From positions 1,792,001 through 1,856,000 of the forward strand of contig CAXXKT010000001.1 in assembly GCA_963662405.2 (NCBI GenBank): a stretch of DNA of 64,000 nt, in the 5' to 3' direction. A program made the position numbers and the translations under genes. The stretch comes from Syntrophales bacterium. Lineage in GTDB: Bacteria > Desulfobacterota > Syntrophia > Syntrophales > UBA2210. Of the stretch, positions 52,201 through 62,115 are shown in pieces. The stretch's first letter is position 1. Each line of letters opens with the position of its first letter. The notes under the pieces are model-generated. The model saw only the letters and a program-made list of their open reading frames with translations, did not search any database and was not told the origin of the DNA.

Positions 52201-54060
52201 ACGTTCTGCAACGACGCCCTCTGTACCCTAACGGGGTTTTCCCGTGAAGAGCTTCTCGCGAAGGACAGATTCAGATATACCGATCCTGAAACGGCAAAGA
52301 AGACGTATAAGATCTTCAACGAGATCTACCGGACAGGAATACCGGCGAATGTACATGAATATCAATTTACGAGGAAGGACGGCAGCAGGGCGATTCACGA
52401 ACTGTTCGTTTCCCTGCGAAGAAATGCCGAGGGGAGCCCGATCGGGTTCCGGGGTGTTTCCCGTGATGTGACCGAGCGACGTACGATGGAGAAAGCCCTG
52501 GCGGAGAGTGAACAGCGCTACCGGATGATCGTGGAGAACATCCACGATGTGATCATGGTAGTGGGGGTCGACCTTACAGAGAAATACCGCAGTCCGTCCG
52601 CGGCGTGGCTCACCGGTTACAGCCTTGAAGAGCTGGCCGGTGTTCCATTGCAAGAACAGGTGCCTCCGGAATCGTACGCCTTGGCGCAGCAGGTCCTGGG
52701 GGAGGAACTGGAAAAAGAATTCGGACCAGAACCTGCTGATCCGCATCGGTCGCGGGTGCTGGAGATGGAGGTATATCACAAAAACGGTGGAACCATCTGG
52801 GTCGAGGAAACGGCGACTTTCCTCCGCGATGACGAAGGTAAACCGGAGGCGATTCTTCTTGCCGTCAGAGATATTACCGAGCGCAAACGGCTCGAGGAGG
52901 AAAAGGGCAAGCTCGAGGGGCAGTTGATACAGGCGCAGAAGATGGAGACTGTCGGCCGCCTGGCGGGAGGTGTGGCGCATGACTTCAACAATATGCTCAG
53001 TGTTATCCTCGGATACGCGGACCTGGCCAAACTCAGCCTGGTCAAGGAGCATCCCGTACTGAAAGACATTGTCGAAATTGAAAAAGCCGCCATCCGATCC
53101 CGGGACATTACCTCGCAGCTCTTGGCCTTTTCCCGCAAGCAGATTATCGCCCCGACGGTCCTCAATCTCAATGACCTGGTTATCAATACGGAAAAATCGT
53201 TGATTCGTCTTATTGGTGAGGATATTGATCTGAGGGTTCATCTCGAGGAAGAGCCGTGGATGATCAAGTTTGATCCGTCTCAGATTGAGCAGATCATGAT
53301 CAACCTGGCGGTAAATGCCCGGGACGCGATGCCCGGTGGAGGAACACTGACGATCGAAACAAAGAATGTCGTTGCCGATGAATCATATTGCCGGGGTCAT
53401 GTCGGCTTTACCCCCGGTGATTACGTTCAGTTGTCAGTGAGTGACAATGGCACGGGAATGGACCGGGAAACAATGGATCATATATTCGAACCCTTTTTCA
53501 CGACCAAGGAGGTGGGGAAAGGGACCGGTCTCGGGATGGCCACGGTCTACGGCATTATCAAGCAAAATAACGGGTATATTACCCTATACAGTGAACAGGG
53601 TCATGGAACGACATTCACCATCTATCTGCCGCGTACCACACAGGGGAAAGAGGTTCGGGAAGAGGATGAGAAGGAAGCCTTGCTGAACGGGGTCGGGAAT
53701 ATTCTTTTGGTTGAGGATGACCCCATGGTTCTCGAAATCACCAAGGGAATGCTGGAGATCATTGGCTATGGCGTCATTATTGCGGAAACACCTCTCGACG
53801 CCGTCAAGCTCTATCAGGACCATGATACACCTGTCAGTCTGGTCATAACCGATGTGGTGATGCCGTCCATGAGCGGGAAGGAGCTGATAGACCGGCTTAG
53901 AGAGATACGGCCGGACACCCGGGCGCTCTTCATGTCGGGGTACACGGAAGATGCCATTGCCCATCATGGTGTCTTGGAACAGGGTGTGCATTTCCTGCAG
54001 AAACCCTTCAGGCTGGGGGAGCTGGCTCGCAAAGTGAGAGAGGCCATGGTGATCGATTGA
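49270..54060 (+). CDS. Hybrid histidine kinase: REC-8 PAS-HisKA-HATPase-REC
   Basis: N-terminal REC 'LIVDD...TDILMP', repeated PAS units, same kinase motifs as the upstream paralogue. Confidence 0.93.
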   Translation: MMREHVLIVDDENANLYMIETLLKGHGFQVTSAENGKDALEKARLVPPDLIVTDILMPVMDGYALCREWKSDNTLKEIPFVFYTATYTDPKDEVFALGLGADRFILKPQEPEVLISILHEVLQQTGTEKERNTKPLGEEMEFFRRHNEILFKKLEKKMADLETVNRQLRESEEWYRMIAEKITDIVWLADMDLRTTYVTPSVQGVLGFTPEEWIHQAADQQFTPESLAYGMEALTREFALEEEGNAEPDRVAHLVLEYYHKDGSTRWMDTDITGIRDDRGTLTGLYGVSRDVTARKQAEDELKGTKALYQLLFEDAPHGVVILDPETARIVGFNEKACLQLGYSREEFAELNVSDIEEIESLDEIKATIAQVIHKGRADFETRHRTKQGEVRDVKVTAQYAEIQGKHVYHCVWQDITELKKAEEALRDSEQRYRLIVENVNDIVWIVGLDLQFVYVSPSNTRVSGYTREEIMKMALSDVVIPESFELASQILSKELALEASGQSFDPNRSKTLELEVYHKDGRQVWLEVSAAFNRDDEGRPMEILAVGRDITDRKRAEGQLRESEKKYRTILEEMEEGYWEVDLAGRYISCNDALCKIHGFPPEKLMKMTFRDYTDPETAERIATVCNQVYRTGKPSRISDHEIIRGDGTTGRVEFNVSLMREDEGSPIGFRGITRDVTKRIQAEQNLRESEEKYRTILESIEDGYWEVDLKGRYTFCNDALCALMARSREEIIGMNNRSYVDPDVAEKVYRIFNAVYRTGIPASVMDYRFERVDGRMVTHELSVHLRRDAAGAPIGFRGISRDVTERRTMEEALAESERRYRMIVENMHDSITLLDLDLNYVYQSPSGTRSVGYAPQEIRNMPVQDQMTPESYRLLEQVLVEEFALESSGKPVDPHRSRTMELEIYHKDGGTVWEETTASFQRDEQGRPVGILLTSRDITDRKRAEERLRESEEKYRTILDSIEEGYWEVDLKGSYTFCNDALCTLTGFSREELLAKDRFRYTDPETAKKTYKIFNEIYRTGIPANVHEYQFTRKDGSRAIHELFVSLRRNAEGSPIGFRGVSRDVTERRTMEKALAESEQRYRMIVENIHDVIMVVGVDLTEKYRSPSAAWLTGYSLEELAGVPLQEQVPPESYALAQQVLGEELEKEFGPEPADPHRSRVLEMEVYHKNGGTIWVEETATFLRDDEGKPEAILLAVRDITERKRLEEEKGKLEGQLIQAQKMETVGRLAGGVAHDFNNMLSVILGYADLAKLSLVKEHPVLKDIVEIEKAAIRSRDITSQLLAFSRKQIIAPTVLNLNDLVINTEKSLIRLIGEDIDLRVHLEEEPWMIKFDPSQIEQIMINLAVNARDAMPGGGTLTIETKNVVADESYCRGHVGFTPGDYVQLSVSDNGTGMDRETMDHIFEPFFTTKEVGKGTGLGMATVYGIIKQNNGYITLYSEQGHGTTFTIYLPRTTQGKEVREEDEKEALLNGVGNILLVEDDPMVLEITKGMLEIIGYGVIIAETPLDAVKLYQDHDTPVSLVITDVVMPSMSGKELIDRLREIRPDTRALFMSGYTEDAIAHHGVLEQGVHFLQKPFRLGELARKVREAMVID

Positions 54061-54581
54061 GCCGGTGAAGGGGGTCGATTCCAGACGATCGATGCGCGAC
54101 GGTCAGTCTCATGCATCTCTTCATCCCTCCGGGTATCAGGACCCCGTTTGTAAAAACCCTCCCAAAATTATTGACAACCCGTGCCGAAGATAGTGTATGA
54201 TCATCGGAAAAGGGGGTTTCTCCCCATACGGAAAGAAGGAACGGGTCGAATCGCCGTTTGACGGAAGAATGCGATAAGCAGGAAAACCCCGTACAGCGGT
54301 CGATCTGTTTGCCGTTGACCCGGGGTATGATCTCTTTTTCGGTTGTGAGAATACAATCAAACGAAAAAACATACTGCAATTCGGGAACGATCACTACCGC
54401 TTATTCTGCCCCGGTGACGAATTGAGGAGTGCTGCAGTGGCGTACAGAGCGTGTTGTGTCGAGTGAGGTGTTGTGATATGAGAGCAATTCGCCGGCGGGG
54501 ACCGACAGGACCGTCGGGTGTTGTATGTGTTCGGCAACGAAGAGCAGAATTCGCAAATAATCAGACAGAAGGAGGCGTTCT

Positions 54582-55544
54582 ATGGCCACGGAGATCACCG
54601 CGCAGGAACTGAACACGGAGGCGTTCATCAACGAGAAAGTGAAAGAGATCAGGGAGGCCGTCGGGGATGACATGGCGATCAATGCCCTCTCCGGGGGGGT
54701 CGATTCGTCGGTGGTCACGATGCTCGGACACCGGGCTCTGGGGGATCGTCTGAGGACCATCTTCGTCGAAAACGGGATAATGCGTGAAGGAGAGGCCGAA
54801 CAGGTCGTCGGGTTTTTTCGTGAACTTGGCGTGACGGTCGAAGTGGCCGATGCGCGTGATGAATTTTTCGCCGCCATGGCCGGGATCACGGACCCGGAAG
54901 AGAAACGCGAGGCGATTACCCAGACCTTCTACCGTGATGTCTTCGGTCGTATCGTCAAAGAAAGCCGGGCGAAATGTCTCCTCCAGGGGACGATCCTGAC
55001 CGATATCGACGAGACCGTCGCGGGGATCAAGCGGCAGCACAATGTCTTCGAACAGCTCGGGATCGATCCGCAGGCCACGTTCGGTTACCGGATTCTCGAG
55101 CCCCTCATCCAGCTCCGCAAGGATGGTGTCCGGAAGGTCGGCGAGGCCCTCGGCCTTCAGACCGAGCTATTCAAGCGCATCCCCTTCCCGGGGCCGGCCC
55201 TCGCGGCGCGCGTGATCGGGGGGGTGACACCGGAACGGATCGAGGTGGTCAGGAAGGCGAATATGATCGTCGAGAAGAGGCTCAAGGACAGCGGAGCCTT
55301 TCAGTACATGGCGATTCTCCACGCGGACCGCGTGACCGGTATGCGCGACGGGAAGCGCGACTTCGGCCGGCAGATCGAGGTGCGATGCTGGGACAGCGTC
55401 GACGCGCGGACCGCGTCCCCCACCCGGCTCCCCTTCGAGACCCTCGAGGCGATTGCCGCCGAAATCATCGGCGAGATCCCCGGTGTCGTCAGCGTCACAT
55501 ACAATATTGCAACGAAGCCGCCATCAACGATCGAGGCGATCTGA
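54582..55544 (+). CDS. guaA: GMP synthase ATP-pyrophosphatase subunit (no fused glutaminase domain)
   Basis: PP-loop SGGVDS, 'ITDPEEKR', 'PFPGP.LA.R', 'KPPSTIE'. Confidence 0.85.
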   Translation: MATEITAQELNTEAFINEKVKEIREAVGDDMAINALSGGVDSSVVTMLGHRALGDRLRTIFVENGIMREGEAEQVVGFFRELGVTVEVADARDEFFAAMAGITDPEEKREAITQTFYRDVFGRIVKESRAKCLLQGTILTDIDETVAGIKRQHNVFEQLGIDPQATFGYRILEPLIQLRKDGVRKVGEALGLQTELFKRIPFPGPALAARVIGGVTPERIEVVRKANMIVEKRLKDSGAFQYMAILHADRVTGMRDGKRDFGRQIEVRCWDSVDARTASPTRLPFETLEAIAAEIIGEIPGVVSVTYNIATKPPSTIEAI

Positions 55545-55640
55545 GGAGAACGGGCCGAGCCGCGGTATTATGTTTCGTGCGTGTTCCCGGTAAACGGTTG
55601 GGGCGTATCTTCTTATAAGCGGTACTCAGAGGAAATGTTT

Positions 55641-57596
55641 ATGGCAAAGACGCTCACGCAGAAGATGCTGGAGGGACACTTAGTCGTGGGTACATATAAC
55701 CCGGGGAGCGAGATAGGTGTCCTCATAGACCAGACCCTGACGCAGGATGCCACCGGTACGATGGCCTACCTGCAGTTCGAGGCCATGGGGATCGGCAGGG
55801 TAAAAACGGACCGTTCGTTGAGCTTTATCGATCACAATACCATACAGATAGGGTTCGAAAACGCGGATGATCATCGATACCTCCAGGACGTGGCCGCCCG
55901 CTGCGGTGTCTATCTGTCCCGGGCGGGAAACGGTATATGTCATCAGGTGCACCTTGAGCGGTTCGGAAGGCCGGGAGCGACGCTGCTGGGCTCCGACAGC
56001 CATACCCCCACGGGTGGTGGTATCGGGCAGATCGCCATAGGTGCAGGCGGTCTGGATGTGGCGCTGGCTATGGCCGGTGAGCCTTTTTACCTGACCTGTC
56101 CCACGGTGATCGGCATTAATCTGACAGGAAAATTGCAGCCATGGGTTAGTGCCAAGGATGTTATCCTCAAGGTCCTGGAGGTATTCGGAACGAAAGGGAA
56201 TGTGGGATGCGTGCTCGAGTACGGCGGGCCGGGCGTGGAGACACTGACCGTTCCTGAACGGGCGACGATCACCAATATGGGGGCGGAGTGCGGCGTCACT
56301 ACCTCCCTCTTCCCCAGCGATGGCGAAACAAGAAAATTTCTCAGAGCTCAGGGGAGGGAAGAAGACTGGGAGGAACTGGCCGCGGACCCGGATGCCGTAT
56401 ACGCAAAGGTGGTTAATATTGACCTGTCCGAACTAGTTCCCCTGGCGGCGACCCCTCACAGCCCCGGTAACATAGCCACCGTTAAAGAGTTGGAAGGCAT
56501 GGAGGTGCACCAGGTCTGCATCGGGTCCTGTACCAACTCGTCGTACCGGGACCTGATGGTGGTCGCGAAGAGCCTGAAGGGGAAAAAGGTCCATCCTGAT
56601 GTCAGTTTTGTCCTGGCGCCAGGCTCGAAACAGGTGGTTGAAATGCTGGCTCGGAACGGCGCCCTGGCCGACCTCATTGAGACGGGGGTCAGGTTGGAAG
56701 AGAACGCGTGCGGATTCTGCATAGGGAACAGCCAGTCTCCACAGACCGACGCCGTCTCTCTCAGGACCAGCAACAGAAACTTTCTGGCCAGGTCTGGAAC
56801 CAAAAGTGCGAACGTTTATCTGGTAAGCCCGGAGACGGCGGCTGCGGCTGTGATAACGGGGAGGATAACGGACCCGAGGAAGATTGGGATCCCCTATCCC
56901 GAGATAGCAATGCCCGATGTCTTTATCATAGATGATTCGATGATTCTTTCACCATCCGATGACCCTGAAAGCGTTGATATCCGCAGGGGGCCGAACATAG
57001 GGGCGCCCCCCGCCACCGAGCCACTCCCCGAACGGGTTGACGGCGTTGTGACCGTCAAACTGGGAGACAATATCACCACGGACCATATAATCCCCGCCGG
57101 CGCAAGGATGAAGTACCGATCCAACATTCCGGCATATTCCGAGTTTCTGTTTGAGGTTGTCGACCCCGAGTTTCACAAAAGGGCCGGAGAAATACAGGCC
57201 TCCGGCAGGGACAATATAATCGTGGGGGGGCTCAGCTACGGGCAGGGTTCTTCCCGTGAACACGCCGCCCTCTGCCCAATGTACATGGGCGTCAAGGCGG
57301 TCATCGCAAGGTCCTTCGAGAGGATACATACGGCAAACCTGATAAACTTCGGCATTGTTCCTCTGACCTTCAAGACCGAGGATGATTACGATATGATACA
57401 ACAGGGCGACTCCCTGGAGATTCCCGGTATTCGTGATAAGATTCGAGAGGGAGAGCCCCTGATGGTGAGGAACACCACCCGTGGCAATGAATTCGAAGTA
57501 GGCTATGATCTTTCGGGGAGGGCGAAGGATATTCTCCTCGCTGGCGGGATGCTGTCATTGATTAGAAATAAAAAAGTTCAGGAGAGGAATGAATGA
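55641..57596 (+). CDS. acn: Aconitate hydratase (about 650 aa type)
   Basis: 'QDATGTM', 'DSHT', 'GSCTN', 'CGFCIG', 'TTDHI', 'GSSREHAA'. Confidence 0.9.
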   Translation: MAKTLTQKMLEGHLVVGTYNPGSEIGVLIDQTLTQDATGTMAYLQFEAMGIGRVKTDRSLSFIDHNTIQIGFENADDHRYLQDVAARCGVYLSRAGNGICHQVHLERFGRPGATLLGSDSHTPTGGGIGQIAIGAGGLDVALAMAGEPFYLTCPTVIGINLTGKLQPWVSAKDVILKVLEVFGTKGNVGCVLEYGGPGVETLTVPERATITNMGAECGVTTSLFPSDGETRKFLRAQGREEDWEELAADPDAVYAKVVNIDLSELVPLAATPHSPGNIATVKELEGMEVHQVCIGSCTNSSYRDLMVVAKSLKGKKVHPDVSFVLAPGSKQVVEMLARNGALADLIETGVRLEENACGFCIGNSQSPQTDAVSLRTSNRNFLARSGTKSANVYLVSPETAAAAVITGRITDPRKIGIPYPEIAMPDVFIIDDSMILSPSDDPESVDIRRGPNIGAPPATEPLPERVDGVVTVKLGDNITTDHIIPAGARMKYRSNIPAYSEFLFEVVDPEFHKRAGEIQASGRDNIIVGGLSYGQGSSREHAALCPMYMGVKAVIARSFERIHTANLINFGIVPLTFKTEDDYDMIQQGDSLEIPGIRDKIREGEPLMVRNTTRGNEFEVGYDLSGRAKDILLAGGMLSLIRNKKVQERNE

Positions 57597-58810
57597 GTGA
57601 AAAGATCGGAGTGAAGACCCCGATAGTAGAACTGGACGGGGATGAGATGACCAGGATCATGTGGTGGATGGTCAAGGATAAGCTGCTGCTCCCCTATCTC
57701 GATATGGATATCGATTACTACGATCTTGGTCTCAAGATGAGGGACGATACTGGCGATCAGGTTACCATTGACTCGGCCAACGCCATTATGAAGTATAAGG
57801 TGGGGGTCAAGTGCGCGACCATTACGCCTAACGCCGAACGGATTGAGGAGTATGATCTAAAGAAACAGTGGAACAGCCCTAACGGCACCATCAGGGGGAT
57901 GCTCGATGGGACGGTATTCAGGGCGCCGATCCTTGTGAAAAACATACAACCCGCAGTCTCGGGTTGGAAAAAGCCGATCCATATCGGGAGGCATGCGTAC
58001 GGCGATGTGTACGCGAACAGGGAGATAAAGGTGCCGGGGCCCGGCACCGCGGAACTGGTATTTACTCCGACCGGCGGAGGCCAGCCGGTACGAGAGGTTA
58101 TTCATGAGTTCAAGGGGCCGGGTATTATCCAGGGGGTTCACAATCTGGATTCTTCCATCCGGGACTTTGCCATCGCATGCTTTACGTATGCCCTGGATCA
58201 GAAGATAGATGTGTGGTTCGGGACGAAGGATACCGTTTCCAAGACGTATGACGCTTCGTTTCGCGAGATCTTCCAGGAGGAGTACGAGGCGAACTGGAAG
58301 GGCGCCTTTGAGGCCGCCGGCATCGAATATTTTTTCACCCTTATCGACGATGCCGTTGCACGAATCATGAAGTCCGATGGGGGGATGCTCTGGGCCTGCA
58401 AGAACTACGACGGAGATGTCATGTCGGACATGCTTGCCTCGGCGTACGGAAGCCTGGCGATGATGACCTCCGTACTTGTCTCTCCGAAGGGATATTTTGA
58501 ATATGAGGCGTCTCACGGCACCGTTCAGAAACATTATTACAAGCACCTCGCGGGAGAGAAGACCTCCACGAATTCCACGGCGCTGATATTTGCCTGGACG
58601 GGCGGTCTGAAAAAACGGGGGGAGCTGGACGGCACCCCCGAGGTCTCCGCCTTCGCGCAGAAGGTCGAAGACGCGGTCATAGAGACGATTGAAGGCGGAG
58701 TCATGACCGGAGACCTTTTGAGACTTGCCGACCCAGATCCGAAGAACCGTCAGGTCTTGACGGAAGACTTTATAGATTACATACGGGAGGTTCTGGAGGG
58801 AAAAATGTAA
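57593..58810 (+). CDS. icd: NADP-dependent isocitrate dehydrogenase
   Basis: 'LDGDEMTR', 'KCATITP', 'SPNGTIR', 'KNYDGDV.SD', 'EASHGTV'. Confidence 0.95.
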   Translation: MSEKIGVKTPIVELDGDEMTRIMWWMVKDKLLLPYLDMDIDYYDLGLKMRDDTGDQVTIDSANAIMKYKVGVKCATITPNAERIEEYDLKKQWNSPNGTIRGMLDGTVFRAPILVKNIQPAVSGWKKPIHIGRHAYGDVYANREIKVPGPGTAELVFTPTGGGQPVREVIHEFKGPGIIQGVHNLDSSIRDFAIACFTYALDQKIDVWFGTKDTVSKTYDASFREIFQEEYEANWKGAFEAAGIEYFFTLIDDAVARIMKSDGGMLWACKNYDGDVMSDMLASAYGSLAMMTSVLVSPKGYFEYEASHGTVQKHYYKHLAGEKTSTNSTALIFAWTGGLKKRGELDGTPEVSAFAQKVEDAVIETIEGGVMTGDLLRLADPDPKNRQVLTEDFIDYIREVLEGKM

Positions 58811-58819
58811 AGGAGGACC

Positions 58820-60097
58820 ATGGCGCAGAGGGCTATCAGAGAAGCGGACGGCAAGGGGATGATGGCACGTCTCTTTGCGGGATATACCGGCGGGAGGTAC
58901 CTGATCCGAAACAGGTTCGTGTCGGTGGGTCCTGAGACCGACCTGAAGCGGCTTCCTGACAGGCACCCATGGATCCTTAAGGAACGATTGGCGGTAAAGA
59001 TCGATCAGTTGATAAAGCAGAGAGGAAAAAATGAACTGCTGCTCCTCGATGCCGACTGGAGGGATGTCCGGCAGTGGATCCGGGACCGGATGAACGCCGA
59101 GGTGACGCTGAATGGCGTTACCGGGGTGCTTGATCATTGTATTGTAGAACCATTTGTTCCGCACGATGCGAAGGACGAATACTATCTCGCCGTTATCTCT
59201 CAGCGGGCGGGGGACGATATTCTCTTCCATCACGCTGGCGGGATTGATGTCGGAGATGTCGATGCCAAGGCCGTGAGGCTGTCGGTACCCATCGGAAAGT
59301 TTCCGACGGCAGGGCAGATCGAAAAGAGGCTCCTCGGCAGGGTCCCGGAAGAGCAAAGGGCCCTAATCGCGGGCTTTACCGAAGTGCTCTTCAAATTCTA
59401 TGCAGACCTGAACTATACCTACCTTGAGATAAACCCATTTATTGTTCGTGGGGCAGGTGTCCTTCCCCTGGACCTGGCGGCGAGGCTCGACGATACGGCC
59501 ACTTTTGCCAGCGGGAAAAAATGGGGGAAGATACGGTTCCCCGCTCCGTTCGGTCGGATACTTACGAAGGAAGAGGCGTACATAGAAGAGCTGGATTCCC
59601 GGACGGGATCTTCGCTCAAACTGACCGTCCTCAATTCCGAGGGGCGCGTCTGGACCATGACCTCCGGAGGGGGTGCTTCGGTGGTCTACGCGGACACTAT
59701 CACCGATCTGGGGTTTATGGGGGAGATGGCCAATTATGGCGAGTACTCCGGGAACCCCAATGAGGAATTCACCTATCTCTACGCGAAGACGATCCTTGAC
59801 CTGATGACACGGAAAAGAGATCCCAAGGGTAAGTTTCTCCTCATCGGGGGAGAGATCGCAAATTTTACCGATGTTGCCGTTACCTTTCGGGGCATCAGCA
59901 GGGCCCTCAGGGAATACCGTGACAAGCTCAGGGAGGGGAAGGTGACAATCTTTGTCAGGCGCGGCGGTCCCAACTACAAGGAAGGGCTGGATAGCGTGAA
60001 GTCTCTGGCGGAAGAACTGGGCCTCCCCATCTCCGTGTACGGTCCGGAGACCCATATGACAGGGATCATATCGATGGCGCTCAAGGGGGACAGATAA
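58820..60097 (+). CDS. aclB: ATP-citrate lyase beta subunit homologue
   Basis: 'AQRAIREADGK', 'DQLIKQRGK', 'GGGASVVYAD', 'NYGEYSGNP', 'IANFTDVA', 'RRGGPNY'. Confidence 0.9.
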   Translation: MAQRAIREADGKGMMARLFAGYTGGRYLIRNRFVSVGPETDLKRLPDRHPWILKERLAVKIDQLIKQRGKNELLLLDADWRDVRQWIRDRMNAEVTLNGVTGVLDHCIVEPFVPHDAKDEYYLAVISQRAGDDILFHHAGGIDVGDVDAKAVRLSVPIGKFPTAGQIEKRLLGRVPEEQRALIAGFTEVLFKFYADLNYTYLEINPFIVRGAGVLPLDLAARLDDTATFASGKKWGKIRFPAPFGRILTKEEAYIEELDSRTGSSLKLTVLNSEGRVWTMTSGGGASVVYADTITDLGFMGEMANYGEYSGNPNEEFTYLYAKTILDLMTRKRDPKGKFLLIGGEIANFTDVAVTFRGISRALREYRDKLREGKVTIFVRRGGPNYKEGLDSVKSLAEELGLPISVYGPETHMTGIISMALKGDR

Positions 60098-61945
60098 ATG
60101 GCACGAAAGAAATCAGAAATCATAGAGTACGAACTCTTCAACAGAGAAACCCAGGCGTTCATCTATAACATACAGGCCAATCCCATACAGGGGATGCTGG
60201 ACTTTGACTACGCCGTGGGGAGAAAAACGCCCTCGGTGGCTGCCATCGTTAATACGACGGGGAGTGAATATCTGCAGAAGTTCTTTTTCGGTTCCGTGGA
60301 GATCCTGATCCCCGTCTACACATCCCTGGCTGCAGCCGCCCGCAGGCACCGAAAGGTGGATGTCCTGATCAGTTTCGCATCCTTCCGTTCCGCCGCCCAG
60401 TCCGCCGAGGAGGCTTTTGATCTGAAACAGATCAGGACAATCGTCCTGATCGCCGAGGGTGTTCCCGAGCGGCGGGCCAAAGAGTTGATCGCGAAGGCCA
60501 GGAAACTGGGGAAGATGATTATCGGACCGGCCACGGTGGGGGGTATCCGGGCAGGTGCCTTCAAGATCGGTAACACCGGGGGGACCCTGGAGAATATCAT
60601 AGAGGCGAAGCTCCACAGACCGGGCTCCGTGGGTTTTGTCTCCAAGTCCGGCGGTCTTTCCAACGAGGCGTACAATATAATTGCCCGGAATACAGACGGC
60701 CTCTACGAGGGGATCGCCATCGGCGGCGACCGGTACCCCGGAAGCACCCTCCTGGATCATCTGCTGCGCTATGAGAAAAACCCCGCCATCAAGATGCTCG
60801 CTTGCCTCGGTGAGGTGGGGGGTATGGATGAGAATGAGATCGCCCTTGCCCTCAACAGAAAGGAGATCAGAAAGCCCCTGGTCATGTGGGTGACGGGGAC
60901 ATGCGAAAAGGCATTCAAGACGGATATCCAGTTCGGACACGCCGGGGCAAAAGCGGAGACCGGTATCGAAGGTGCGGATGCCAAAAATGCCGCGTTGAGG
61001 AAGGCAGGGGCAATTGTTCCCGACTCGTTCGATGATTTCGCCGAGAAGATCCACGATACCTATGAAAAGCTGGTCAAGAAGGGGAAGATACAGCCTGCGC
61101 AGGAGGTGGCGGCCCCGCAGGTTCCGGTCGACTTTGCCACGGCCCTGAAGACGGGTTCGATCCGCAAAGCGGCGAGCGTCATCTCCACCATATCGGACGA
61201 CCGGGGAGAGGAAATGCTGTACGGGAACCTGCCAATATCACAGGTTTTCAAAAAGGATATCGGCATCGGCGGGGTTCTCAGCATTCTGTGGTTCAAGAAG
61301 CTGCTCCCCCGGTACGCTACGAAGTTCATAGAGATGATTATCATGGTACTTGCGGATCGCGGTCCGGCGGTATCGGACGCCCACAACACCATAGTGGCCA
61401 GCAGGGCGGGGAAGGACCTGCTACCCTCCCTGATATCCGGACTGCTCTGTATCGGGCCGCGGGTCGGTGGAGTCCTGGATAGCGCCGCCCTGGAGTTTTC
61501 CGACGCCCTTGACAGGGGGCTTGCCCCCCTCGAGTTTATCGATTCGATGAAACGAAAGGGCTCAAACATCCAGGGGATCGGTCATCGGACCAAATCCGTC
61601 CACAACCCCGATACGCGGGTGACCATCATAAAGAACTATGCAAAAAGGAATCTTAAGAGTACGATGCTCTTGGACTATGCCTTGGAAGTAGAAAATATTA
61701 CGACCTCAAAGCGGGACAATCTGATCCTGAGCGTGGACGGCTGCATCGCCGTCTGTTTCGTGGACCTTCTGCGATCCGAGTTCTCCCGGGAGGAGGCGGA
61801 CGAATATATCCGGATGGGCTCGCTCAATGGCCTCTTTGTCCTGGGGCGGAGCATCGGTCTTATCGGGCATCACATGGATCAAAAACGGCTCAAACAGGGT
61901 CTGTACCATCATCCCTGGGAAGATATTGCCTATCTTAAGGAATAG
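60098..61945 (+). CDS. aclA: ATP-citrate lyase alpha subunit homologue with altered citryl-CoA lyase site
   Basis: 'IIGPATVGGI', phospho-His 'QFGHAGA', 'GIGHR.KS..NPD.RV', 'DQKRLKQGLY.HPW'. Confidence 0.9.
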   Translation: MARKKSEIIEYELFNRETQAFIYNIQANPIQGMLDFDYAVGRKTPSVAAIVNTTGSEYLQKFFFGSVEILIPVYTSLAAAARRHRKVDVLISFASFRSAAQSAEEAFDLKQIRTIVLIAEGVPERRAKELIAKARKLGKMIIGPATVGGIRAGAFKIGNTGGTLENIIEAKLHRPGSVGFVSKSGGLSNEAYNIIARNTDGLYEGIAIGGDRYPGSTLLDHLLRYEKNPAIKMLACLGEVGGMDENEIALALNRKEIRKPLVMWVTGTCEKAFKTDIQFGHAGAKAETGIEGADAKNAALRKAGAIVPDSFDDFAEKIHDTYEKLVKKGKIQPAQEVAAPQVPVDFATALKTGSIRKAASVISTISDDRGEEMLYGNLPISQVFKKDIGIGGVLSILWFKKLLPRYATKFIEMIIMVLADRGPAVSDAHNTIVASRAGKDLLPSLISGLLCIGPRVGGVLDSAALEFSDALDRGLAPLEFIDSMKRKGSNIQGIGHRTKSVHNPDTRVTIIKNYAKRNLKSTMLLDYALEVENITTSKRDNLILSVDGCIAVCFVDLLRSEFSREEADEYIRMGSLNGLFVLGRSIGLIGHHMDQKRLKQGLYHHPWEDIAYLKE

Positions 61946-62115
61946 AACCGAGGGGAGATTCAAGGAATTGTGCAATTCCCTCCCGACCTTCCCTGTACCG
62001 GGTGAGGCGGGGATGATCTCCGCAGCTCCTCTCTTTTTTAGCGTTGCACACCTGTCACTTCCATACCGGTTTTGCCAACAAGTGGAACCCAACAGACAAT
62101 TGTAAGGAGATCAGG

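Noticed and set aside
26991..59356. Long antisense ORFs (e.g. 26991-28175, 33098-34600, 39944-41764, 57857-59356)
   Set aside because: They lie opposite well-supported genes, lack motifs and are typical GC-rich shadows.
58820..61945. Evidence of autotrophy by the reductive TCA cycle
   Set aside because: No other diagnostic rTCA genes in the window and the lyase site is atypical.
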